Assembly (NCBI RefSeq): GCF_006345805.1 | Contig: NC_043009.1 | Coordinates: 49,910,001-49,974,000, forward strand | Direction: 5' to 3' | DNA length: 64,000 nucleotides | Origin: Octopus sinensis | Lineage: Eukaryota | In this document: one piece after another, positions 52,922 through 64,000 of the stretch | Numbering within the stretch: the first letter of the stretch is position 1 | How the letters are laid out: every line of letters starts with the position of its first letter | The notes under the pieces: model-generated | The model's input: only the letters and a program-made list of their open reading frames with translations | What the model was told of the DNA's origin: nothing | The model's database searches: none | Translations under genes and position numbers: made by a program

Positions 52922-53394
52922 GGCATAGGGTGGCATTGTGGTAAGAAGCTTGCTTCCCAGCCACATGGTTCTGGGTTCAGTCCTACTGCATGGCACCTTG
53001 GTCAAGTGCCTTCTACTCTAGCCTCAGGCCGACTAAAGCCTTGTGGGTGGACTTGGTACACAGAAACTGAAAGAAGCCTGATTTATACGTGTGTGTTTAT
53101 TTGTGTGTGTTTGCGTGTGTGTGTGAGAATGTGTGTGTTTGTGTGTGTGTATGTGTGTGAGTGAGAGAGTGTGTGTGTATGTTTGTGTCTGTGTTTCTCC
53201 CCTCCACTACAGCTTGACAGGTTGTGTTGGTGTATTTACATCCCTATAAGTTGGCAGTTCACCAAAAAGGGGCCGATAGAATAAGTTAACAGGCTTTAAA
53301 AAATAAGTACTGGAGTCAATTCAGTCAACTAAATGGAATTCTTCAAGATGGTGCCCTAGCAGGAAACAGTCTAATGATTGAAGAAGTAAAAGAT
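52922..53394 (+). mobile_element. SINE family B, older full-length copy
   Basis: Same module order as 39947-40382, more diverged, with expanded (TG)n. Confidence 0.88.
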
Positions 53395-54834
53395 ACAAAC
53401 CCCCAAAACACACGCATACTACATATATACATACACAAAAGGCTCTACTAGAGTAATTCATTCAGGAGAGAATAGCGGATCAAAAATTTTGCAAATCAAA
53501 TTTAAACTGCTATGATCTCATAGTTTGTTCAGTCTTGCAGGATACTAACAGAAATGCCTTTGAATTCAAATTTATATCTGTTGCGCATTTTGGATCCAGT
53601 ATTTGAACAGTGTTAGAGCAAAAGCGTAGGTTGGGACAAGCTAGCACGAAACCTTTCCCCTTTGAACAAATTCTTTTTGCAGATTGATTGAAAATACATG
53701 CTTCACAGAAAGCCAACAGTTATTAGATGTCATCCTCAGCAGGTGGCTTTGTTGTAAAGTCTCTTGCTGTATTGCTAACATTGTGAGAAACCTTGCTATT
53801 CTGATTTGGTGTGAAATTCTGAATTGTGAATAGCAAACAGGATTTCTATTTTATCTATGATATTATCCACACACACACACACACACTCAGAGTATTGAAA
53901 TAGAAATAGTATTAACTCATAGACATGAATGGTCTGAAAGCTAATGCTTTCTCTTTCAAAGAAAATTGTCTATAGGAAGAATTAGCATAATATATGTGAA
54001 CTTTCGTGACAACACGACAATTCAAAGCTCTTGGTTTGTTTGATCACATTTCTAGGTTTGTGTTAAAAAAAATAATTTAAGAAAAAAAAAAAATTAAATT
54101 AATAAAGTAAAGAAGGAAAAAAAAAGGAAACAATATAAAAGTGCAATAAAAAAAAAAACATATATATATATATATATATATTTCAGGCAAAATATTTCAA
54201 GTGTATCCTTAGGTGTATGTCACTTCAGCTGACTGCATCTCATTGACCAGAGAAGTGCTGCAGTAGCAACAACACAGAACATCTAATTGCAAATGGCTTC
54301 AAAAGCAAGTAACAACCAATGAAAACATTGCAACCATGTTTTGTGAGGTCATTGAATTCCAACAAGAAGAAAAACAAATAATAGTGACTGTAATCTCAAC
54401 ATAGAGTCTATAGTGGCTATTAACTAAAAATTAACAAAATTCATTAAATGAAAGCTGAGTGTGAGTGTGTGTGTGTGTATGTGTGTAGTATGGTATGGTC
54501 GTGTTTGTTGTCTGTGTGTATGTGCACATGTGATTATGTTTCAAATGTGTGTGCTTGTCAAGGATTTTAATATCTTCATAAGATTGTAGGAGGGATAGTA
54601 TGAAATTACAACACAAATCTGTGTCAGTGTGTATACACATTCGATCTGTGTTTTTGAAAGTGCATGTGGCCGTGTATATTTCAGTGTACATGTGTATATA
54701 TATATATGAGTTTGCATGCATGCTTATATTTGAGAGTGTGTATGTTATATTTGAGTGCGCACATATCTGAAAGTGTGTATATGTATGTTGCGTACATATA
54801 TGTATGTATATATATATATGTATGTATGTATATG

Positions 54835-54896
<62 letters not shown>

Positions 54897-55799
54897 TGCA
54901 TATGTGTATGTATATTTCAGCCATGTATATGTGAATATATTTATGTGTAATTGTTACACACACAAGTGTGCTTGTGTGTATATAAGTGAGTGCACATGGT
55001 TGTATATATGTATATATATATATATACATATCTAAGTGTGCACTCATGAATATATCTGAGTGTTTGCCTGTATGTATGTGCACTTAATTTCCATTTACGA
55101 ACACTTTGCATGAGACACATCAGAATACTAATAAAGAAAAGGAAAACACAGAAACAAACACACAAACAAAAAAAAGAACTTTAAAACACTCACACACACA
55201 AACACACACACACACTCTTTCTCTCTACTAAAACCAAAAATAATCAAATCAACTAATGTGGTGATTTCGGAGGGATTTAGTGAACAGAATAAATATTGCT
55301 GAAAAGGAAGAAAAAAAGTGGAATGAATAAAATGGAATTTAAGAAATTTATCGAAACGTTATGACCCCCGTATGATGCTAGTGTGCCCAAGGTAGAGTAG
55401 TCAAAGACAAATGGTGATGTGAGGACACGGATGAAAGCGTAAGGAGACACATTATAACTAGACTGGGAATCAATAAAGCAGCTGGAAATAATGAAGCCAA
55501 ACAGCTTTGTTGGTAGGAGGTAAGCTATTGGTTCAAATAAACAGTATATGATTGAAGTCCAACTTCAATATAGCTATCATAGACATCATGAAAGAAGTTG
55601 ACGTCCCATAGCAATTGTGTTCTGAACAAGTGAATAGTTAAAATTCCAAATAAAAGCAATGGCAATGTAGATAACTACCTTCATGTTGAGGATAGTATAC
55701 CTACTTCAATAACTTTCATTCTATACTGTATAATAACATTTTTCCTACATGGTGATGCTTACTTTACAGAAAGCCTGCCATTTGACAAGACACCAAAGG

Positions 55800-55997
55800 A
55801 ACCTCTATGTGGCCCATTCAACCTGTTAGAAATAGCTGCTAAATAACTCTCAAATCACAACACAGTATTAAAAAAAAAAGGTTGTTAGGTAACATAATGG
55901 GGGCTTTACAGCAGAACAAATGATGATTGCATTATGGCCAGAATGGGTTTGATTGCGGTCTGCTTTGTCAAGGCTGACCTGGGACTAAACTACAACT
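55800..55997 (+). mobile_element. old repeat family E
   Basis: cctctatgtgg...caacctgttagaaatagctgctaaa...aaggctgacctgggactaaac. Confidence 0.65.
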
Positions 55998-56942
55998 GCC
56001 TTTCAGTTTATGGCTCTTTATTATCCCTTATCCTTTTGTTTGCCTCCCTTAATACAAAGAGATTTGTTGGCTGAATGTAGGTTGCCTCTTTCTAAACACA
56101 TTTTTGTACTTACTTATCAACCCTCCCAACCAACATGTTTTCTGCTCTCTCTCTCTCTCTCTGGGACAGGTATCATTTGAATAAGATTTCCAGTCTTGTT
56201 TTTGCCATGGAGATTTATGTTCAGATTTATGTATCAACAACAACAATCTCACCAATCTTGAAGGGTTCTAAAAGATGATGGTCCTCACCCCTCCTTTTTT
56301 GTCTAACTCATAAAACAAAAACCAGATCAAAGAATGTTTACCTATGCCATTCCATTCCTTTTTCACCAATGTGATCTTTTCCAATATTCCCAATTTTCAG
56401 TTATTTATTATGGTCAAAGAACTTCCATAACTTAACAACAATGTTCTGTCTTTTATAACTAAAATACTGAATAGATACTTTACATTGTTATATACATGGT
56501 AGGTGGTAAACACCACTACTTTTGCCTCCTTTCAAATTGTTTAAATGAAAATACAGCAACCAGGTGGCTAAGACATTGACGTTTCTAAAGGCCAGTTCAA
56601 TTTCTATTGCAAGTGCTAAAATTTATTCTATGAAAGAGAAATAGCATTTTACTTGACACTGGTTTGATATATAATTAACTACAGAAACCTTTTGATAGCA
56701 TGTCCTGTATGGATCAGTCCATTATATCCAGCAAACAGATGTCTGTCCAGTAGACAAGTCCTTTACTCCCTAAAAGTCTACTAGCCTATTGTTGAACTGT
56801 GTCCTCCTTCCAGGTCTTCATTATTATTGTGGGTGTTCATCACATGTAGTTAACGATATTACAGAAAACTCATAATTTATTCAATATAATGAGAAAAATT
56901 GTTGTTTTGAAAAAATAATAGTTAGCATCCTCTTGGTATCTC

Positions 56943-57165
56943 CTGGCAGAGACGTTAGCATGCCGGGCGAAATGCCTACCGGTATTTCGTCTGCCGTTAT
57001 GTTGTGAGTTCAAATTCCGCTGAGGTCGACTTTGCCTTTCATCCTTTCGGGGTCAATAAATTAAGTACCAGTTACGCACTGGGGTCGATGTAATCGACTT
57101 AATACCTATGTCTGTCCTTGTTTGTCCCCCTCTATGTTTAGCCCCTTGTAGGTAATAAAGAAATA
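56943..57165 (+). mobile_element. SINE family A, young subfamily, 8-bp TSD ggtatctc
   Basis: CpG-rich copy lacking ~10 nt of the head. TSD at 56935-56942 and 57166-57173. Confidence 0.93.
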
Positions 57166-58185
57166 GGTATCTCAACATTGGAGGAATAAATAAGGGAATA
57201 AAAGTAGTTTTAACATTTTTAGACTATTATCATTATTTTGTGTTTTTACATATTGATGGACATAATTACCAACAGTCTTCAACAGTTTCACTCTTTTTTT
57301 TTATATTTCTAATGTAGAATTGCAATTCTCCACAATGCCAGTGTTATGAAATAGTCAACTCAGAAGTGACAAAATAACTTGACAAAGGGTAAGCCAGCTA
57401 CAATTTATCAAGGACACGATATGTCCAGGGCTGAGACACTTAGTCACAAATACTTGAGCCCAGTTAGCTGTAAGCAGAAACCACAAGATGCTACACAGCT
57501 CACTGTTATAAAACTAGCAAATATTTCATTACCATATATATAAAAGTGCTTTGAGAAAAATGAACTTCTCCAGGCTGGTATATCTTTAATACACTACATT
57601 TGAGAAAATGTCTGAAGTGGAGCAGCTATGATTTAATGTGGTATGAGGTTTTCCCACCACTCATAATAATTCAATATGCATTTCCAGTTTATTCTGAGAG
57701 GATGTAGCATTGTCGTCACCTTCAGTATTGTTCTATAGAAGTAGTGATCTATGACACTTCAATAACATTTCATTTATACATAATAGACTGAACAAAAGTA
57801 ATATTGAAGCTGTAAAGTACGTGTTACAGTTTCCCTCCTCCTTCAGTGCTGAAGAGCACAAATTTATTTACCATCTAAACCTTCTTGACATACTTATTTC
57901 ACATTTTATTTTAAAGCAACCTTTGCTGTAGGTTCTGAAAATTCATATATTTATAGAAATGGTTTGATCTGGTGATTTACAGTTGGACGCCTTTAAGAAC
58001 ATAAAGCATTCAAGTGTAAAACAGAAGTAGTATCATCTATTTCTAAGCAAAGTTTGAAAAGAATTCAATAGAGAAATTGTTTCACAATAAAGAACAGAAC
58101 ACAATGCTATTGACAAGGTTTGAACTCAAGATTTTGGTGCCACAGAAAATATGCACTTGAAAGTTGGGATAAGAAGTTGTGAAAC

Positions 58186-58551
58186 TGACATCTGCAATAG
58201 AAGTGATATTCTTTTACATGTTGTCTTATGGGAGGAGGTGTGTTTAGCATTAGAACTAAAGAAACACTCGTGTGTTATACAGTGCCCCCACTGCCTTAAA
58301 CCCCATCTATACTACTAGATTTACAAGCAAAGCCAAAAATCTGAAAAAAACATATTCAGCAGAAACATTGACATCTGCAATAGAAGTGATATTCTTTTAC
58401 ATGTTGTCTTATGGGAGGAGGTGTCTTTAGCATTAGAGCTAAAGAAACACTTGTGTGTTATACAGTGCCCCCACTGCCTTAAACCCCATCTATGCTACTA
58501 GATTTACAAGCAAAGCCAAAAATCTGAAAAAAACATATTCAGCAGAAACAT
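58186..58551. repeat. tandem duplication, 183 bp x2
   Basis: tgacatctgcaatagaagtg starts at 58186 and 58369. Four substitutions between copies. Confidence 0.93.
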
Positions 58552-59171
58552 TCTCAATGAGTCAGTCAGTCAGTCAAAGAGCACTCTCTAAAAATAGGTA
58601 GGCATTTGTAGCAATATAGAGAAAAGAGTCATGACACACAACAAAGACAAGAGTTTGAGTTGAAAAACACTACAACAACAGTAACAAACAAACAAAAAAA
58701 ACAACAAAAGCTACCAACAAAATATCAGATTTATATACAGAGTATTTATAAAAGTCTGTTGTTGTTATTGTTGTTTCACGGCAAATGGTGAACAAGTTCA
58801 TGTAAATGTTGTTAAAAGATGAATTCTCCGTTAAAATACAAACAGGAATCAATAAGTTCACCAATATTTTGAAAGATGAAAAGATTAATATGAAAAAAAA
58901 AAGAAAGAAAGAAAGAAAGAATAAAACAGAAGCGACCTCCCTCTCACCACCACCATCACCACCAACACCAACACCACCAAACATGACCTCCCTCTTGCCT
59001 CCTTACATGACCTCCCTCTCACCACCATCACACCTGACCTCCCCTCTTGCCATCATCACACACACACATACAATAAAAGAAAAGAAACAAAAAATTAGAA
59101 ACTAAATTGAATTGATACATTTTTCACCAGAGAAAAATCATTCCAAATATTGGTGGAACTAAAAGCCTTAC

Positions 59172-59193
59172 TTCCTGTTGAAGATTCTGACAT
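59172..59193 (-). CDS. candidate coding part of a start exon (MSESSTG, phase 1)
   Basis: gcagcgATG TCA GAA TCT TCA ACA GGA A|gtaagg. Confidence 0.25.
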
Positions 59194-60764
59194 CGCTGCC
59201 TTCTTCTCTCTCCCTTTCTTTCTCTCTCTCTCTCTCTTTACCACCATTCTCCACCCATATAATTTTTCAAAGTGATTTTAACCATTTCTCTCTTTAGAGG
59301 AGGTTACTAATATCATTATAGATTTGGTCACTTAAAAATTTGGGGATGTTAGATGATGATGATGTTTGTTATTGTTGTGGCTTTGTGGGTGGGTATTTAT
59401 TTACATTGTTGTTACTGTTGTTGTTGTTAAACCTTGGTTTTCTTCCTTTCTTTTTTTTTTTTGTTTTTTGTTTTTTTTTATCAATTAAAGAATATGTAGT
59501 GCAGAGTTCAGAAAGAGTGGATATAACAATATGAAGGCAGAAGATAGCGAAAGTGAAACAAACCAACGAGTTCAAATAGAAGTGTTAGGGACAGGAATGA
59601 GAAGAAAAGTAAAATTAAAGAAAGGAAATATGTGTGTATATGTGTGCATGCACTATGCATATTGTTGTGTGTGTAGGTATAGGTTCTTATATGAGTGTGG
59701 GAATAAGTGAATGCATATTTGTGGTAAGGAGACATGTAGGTCAAGTGAGAGGAAACACAAAACCAGTGGACAAGAAGACAGATTTTAATGACTAAATGTG
59801 AGAGTAATAGAGTATTATTGAATATTATAAAGATTGGTAGAGAGACAGAGAGGTACACAGAATTCCTGGATATGGAGAGAGAGAGATGGAGAGACAAAAA
59901 GAGGGAGAGAGAGAGAGAAAGAAAGAAAGAAAGAGAGATATCAATATAAATAAGAGATGTGCACTAGAAAATTACACAAGAGACAGAAATGAGTTGAGAG
60001 GATGACATGCATGCTGGAAATGAATGTGAAGAGGTTGAGTTAATTTTGCAGCAAATTTTCTCTGGACCAGTTTGGCCAGGTCAGGAAAACAGTGAATAGT
60101 TTTCACAAGACCCTTCCTGTGTATTGGCACTGTCAAATACAGATTTACTGAATTCAAAGACAGCTTAATATGTAATTGTGAAAACATTCTGCCTCATTTC
60201 ATAAACCGACTTAAATCTTCAACGCTGAGATGCCATGAGTGTCCATAAGAAAGTATCTTTCCAATGGCTTGTAATTTGCTATCCATTTTGTAGAGGACAC
60301 ACATGTCTCTATAAGGAATGAACAGTCAATACAGATATGTACTGTCTCTCTTTATCACTCTCTCTCTATCCCTCTTTCTAAGCTAATGCTTGCAATACTT
60401 TGGATGAGTTAAACAAAGCAAAGCCATATAAGACCCAAATTGAGCGTGTCTTTTGAAGAATAAGCTGTTCTCTTTCCTTGTCTTTTAATCTCGTCAAAAG
60501 AAGACTTGCAAAGTATTAAGCTTTGTCCAGTTGTTGGAATACTGACAAAAGCCACTATACTTTCTACTCCGCATCTTTACATTGAATACAGCGCAAAGAT
60601 AATTAAAAGAATGGGTGGTTGGCTAGTTAAAAGTACAAGTATTAGTCAAACTGAACACACACATTAATTGAGTTAGTATCAGGTTTTATTGAAAAAGTTT
60701 CTAAAGAAAATAGCCTTTTCTTTCTATCTCTTCCTTTCCCCATTTCTTTTTTTCATTATTATTA

Positions 60765-60813
<49 letters not shown>

Positions 60814-61425
60814 CAACTGATGTATTACAAGTAAAGATTAAATACCTGAAATAATATTACAAGAAAAAACTAATGATACCAATATATAAACTTAATTTTA
60901 AACGCAGAGCTTTTTAAGTGGAACTTAAATTGAATTATTGATTTATTAAATAAGTATCAAACTATGTTTCAAAAAACAAAAAAACAAAAAAACCCCGGAA
61001 AACAAATACATGTGTATTTGTATATTTATAAAAAGCATGGCGATGGGAATGATTTTGCTAGTAAAGAATTGAATTAAATTATCTGTACTTTCTTGTTTAT
61101 TATGTTTAGGGTGTGTGTATGTTTAAATCTTGCTTGTAAATGCTTCTGGAACTAATTAGGATATTTAAAAAAAAGACTAGCTCATTTAACAACATACCTG
61201 TACTCTTCATAAATGATGTTATTGTAATTAATGATTCATCAGATTTCAGAGCACAACAAAAGGATGCTAGAAGTGACTTTGTGGTTAAGAAGTTTGTTCA
61301 CAACCGTATGATTCTGGACTTGGTCCTCACTGTTTAGTAAATGCATTTGCAGTGACTAATGCTTTCTGAGTAAAATTTGGTGGACAGAAGCAGTGAAAAA
61401 GCTTGTGATATGAGTATATGATGTA

Positions 61426-62036
61426 TGAGGGAGTGCTGAAAAGATCCTGGCTTTAATGGTATCACAGAAAGCCTGGTTGAAGGCCCAACCTTCCGAGTTC
61501 TCTTACAGAGCTTAAAAAAACAGAACTGCTGCAATAAGTGCGTGAATCTGAGAGGGGAATATCTTTATATATAAAAGTAAGGTTGTGTGTCTGTCTCCTA
61601 CGATTTAGATTCCTAACTACTCCCACATTTTGCGGTGCAGTTTAACCAAAACCGGGTATCTTATAGTCGTGATTCATATCGAGCCCTTCTGAGTATTAGC
61701 GCGTGTCTACGATGAGTCTACGATTTTAAAAATAATTTACCATCATTTTTTTCCATTTTAATGCATTTTTTTCGCTATTATATATGGGAAGTAACTCTCT
61801 AAAAATGTCTACAATGAGTCAACGATTTAAAAAAAAAATTACCATCATTTTTTTTCCATTTTAATGCATTTTTTTGCTATTTTTTGGCTATAACTCTCTA
61901 AAAATGCTTAATAGTTATTTCCCTTACAAACCCGAGCAATGCCGGGTGATACTGCTAGTGTTCAATAAAATCATAATTAACTGATCCTCCTGTATTTTCT
62001 TTTACCCAAAGTAAGGAACTTTTCAGCACCCCCTCA
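61426..62036 (+). mobile_element. mariner-derived MITE (TA TSD, ~29-bp TIRs) with transposase C-terminal relic
   Basis: TA|tgagggagtgctgaaaagatcct ... aggaacttttcagcaccccctca|TA. Without the Helitron the interior reads AWLKAQPSEF...CNKCVNLRGEYVQ*, like a mariner C-terminus. Confidence 0.88.
61562..61958 (+). mobile_element. non-autonomous Helitron
   Basis: Inserted between A and T with no TSD. 5' TC, subterminal hairpin cccgagcaatgccggg (61931-61946), 3' CTAG, and an internal ~100-bp duplication. Confidence 0.9.
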
Positions 62037-62377
62037 TATGTGTATATTTTTTTGTCAATATGCATTGACAAAGCATTTACAAATCAATGAGAAAACCAAT
62101 AAACCATTACATTCAAGCAGAAGTACTTTGTGATAGTTATTCTATACGAGTTGCACAGACAGTTCCTAGTATCTCTCATGATTAGAAAAACAGTAGAGCA
62201 ATAACTGGCCCAGCACAGGCAACACCACCACTGCCATCGTTGTTTTACAAATGGTTTCCATGTAAGTATGGGTTGGAAGGGTCTGCGTACTCAGGGTTAG
62301 CACATATTCAAGAGTTCTGCTCCCACAGATCACTTCCTTAATGTTGTAACCAATAACACTTATTGTTCATAAAAAGT

Positions 62378-62379
<2 letters not shown>

Positions 62380-62465
<86 letters not shown>

Positions 62466-62466
62466 A
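62380..62466. repeat. (TA)n microsatellite
   Basis: Direct reading. Confidence 0.95.
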
Positions 62467-62819
62467 TAATTTATGTTGCCAGTAAATTATTCTACTGTAT
62501 CAAACAGATTGAAACTGAGTTTACTGCTCTGTTGAATGACTCACTACACAGCGCATGTAATTCTCTCTGTACCTGATTTCAACATTCTATGATAAATTGG
62601 CGATAAAATGCTGCCATTTCTTATCCTCATTTAAACAAAATATTTAAATTTTCAACCCATTTATCATACACAAAGAAACTAAAAGATTTCAGCTGTCTAG
62701 CTAAAGTAATAACAGTTAATGAAAACCAATTGAAGTTTTAATGCTGAAAATGTTACCCACAGAACAGAATATTAATGTTAGTAAAGGGAAACTGCAGAAG
62801 CCACAGCATTAAGGAAAGC

Positions 62820-63025
62820 ACCTCTAGATGGTTACTTCAACCTGCTAAAAATAGCGGCTAAATCTACCTTAAATCATACCCTATTTATGGTTTTTAAAAT
62901 GGAGGGATGCACTGAATAATATAATTTCAGATAATATTAAACAGACTTGATTGTCACAGTTGGGATGTTTTGGATTATAAATTTGCTGTAACATGGTAAA
63001 CCTAGGGTTTAACAACAACAGCAAT
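62820..63025 (+). mobile_element. old repeat family E with (AAC)n tail
   Basis: cctctagatggttacttcaacctgctaaaaatagcggctaaatc...acctagggtttaacaacaac. Confidence 0.62.
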
Positions 63026-63906
63026 AATATTACTGAAAACAAAAATAAACAAAAAACCCCTCAGATTCAGTGGGAGTGAGTGAGGTTTTAATGCAATGAT
63101 TCGATGAATTAAAGGCAGTGAGAGTCATAACATCATATCTTAAACAATGTTTAAGAGTGAGAAAGAATGACAGATGAATAGACAAACAGATAACATAGAG
63201 AGAGACAGACAGATGGATGGACAATGATAATTAAACAAAAGCCAAAGCTGGTGGAAATTATTTTGCTCAGTATTTGGTGGTGGTTGTAATTGAGTGGGAG
63301 GAAGCAGAAGGTTAACAGTAAGGTCTATAGACACAACTGAACTTAATGGGAAGCCTAATTTGACAGTTTCAGAACCTCCAAGGATTTGCAAGGTTCATAT
63401 ATTTGGGCAGAGAAGTGGGGGTAATGCCAAACGTGGTGGTGGTGGCAGCAGTGAAGAAGTCAGGGTAAGGAGAAGACTGCTAACTAGAATCTCTGGAAAA
63501 TACTGGTACTGCCATTAAAAAATATATATAACCCCCACCTATGCAGACACATATAGCATCCTTGATCTTGACAAAGGATTAACTTTTGTAAATTGTCCTG
63601 AAATTTACTGTAGACATAAAACATTGGAATTGTCTGTTATTGCTGTATAATCCAACTATTGTGAGCTTTTAGAAGAGAAATAGATCCAGGGAGCCAGGGC
63701 TCTTCCTCATCAGCTCCAAGTGAATCAGGAGTCGTAAAACTTTTGCTCTTGTTTTACTTCTTCTGATTTTGGTTTTCTATTTTTATTATTCTTTTAATCA
63801 GACTTATGAGAATATTGTGATCCAGGGTGGCTTAAGGAAAGCTACTTTTGCTGCCCCTCCATGTTTACCTTCGCAATTACAAATATACATACATACATAT
63901 ATATAC

Positions 63907-63975
<69 letters not shown>

Positions 63976-64000
63976 CATACATGCACTGCAGACAATGGAA

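Noticed and set aside
53510-53716. Cys-containing 68-aa minus-strand ORF
   Set aside because: Non-ATG start, no splice support and no recognisable motif.

Overview
This is AT-rich, microsatellite-saturated animal genomic DNA. The interspersed repeats look like those I recall from Octopus (coleoid cephalopod) assemblies, but I have not verified this. No complete protein-coding gene, rRNA, tRNA or CRISPR array is visible, and nearly all ORF-track entries are translations of simple repeats or SINEs. The window reads as the interior of very long intron(s), probably of a minus-strand gene. That inference rests on a textbook recursive-splice-like site (184-nt AG-free tract, then TTTTCAG|GTAAGT at 51853/51852) and several short candidate exons, four of which are ATG-initiated and end in phase 1 (one encodes MGSICNEC..., a possible lipid-anchored N-terminus). 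The repeat content is three young SINE families (A, B, C), an older SINE-like family (E), TTAA-flanked piggyBac-type MITEs, a mariner-derived MITE with a nested non-autonomous Helitron, three R4/Dong-like LINE 3' remnants, four local duplications with 178-205 bp periods, and a 100-N gap. The most unusual structures are two adjacent ~155-nt fold-backs carrying hammerhead-ribozyme-like motifs (10990-11325), a tail-to-tail SINE pair forming a long dsRNA stem (12616-13205), and two SINE insertions sharing a TTGGTATCT target.
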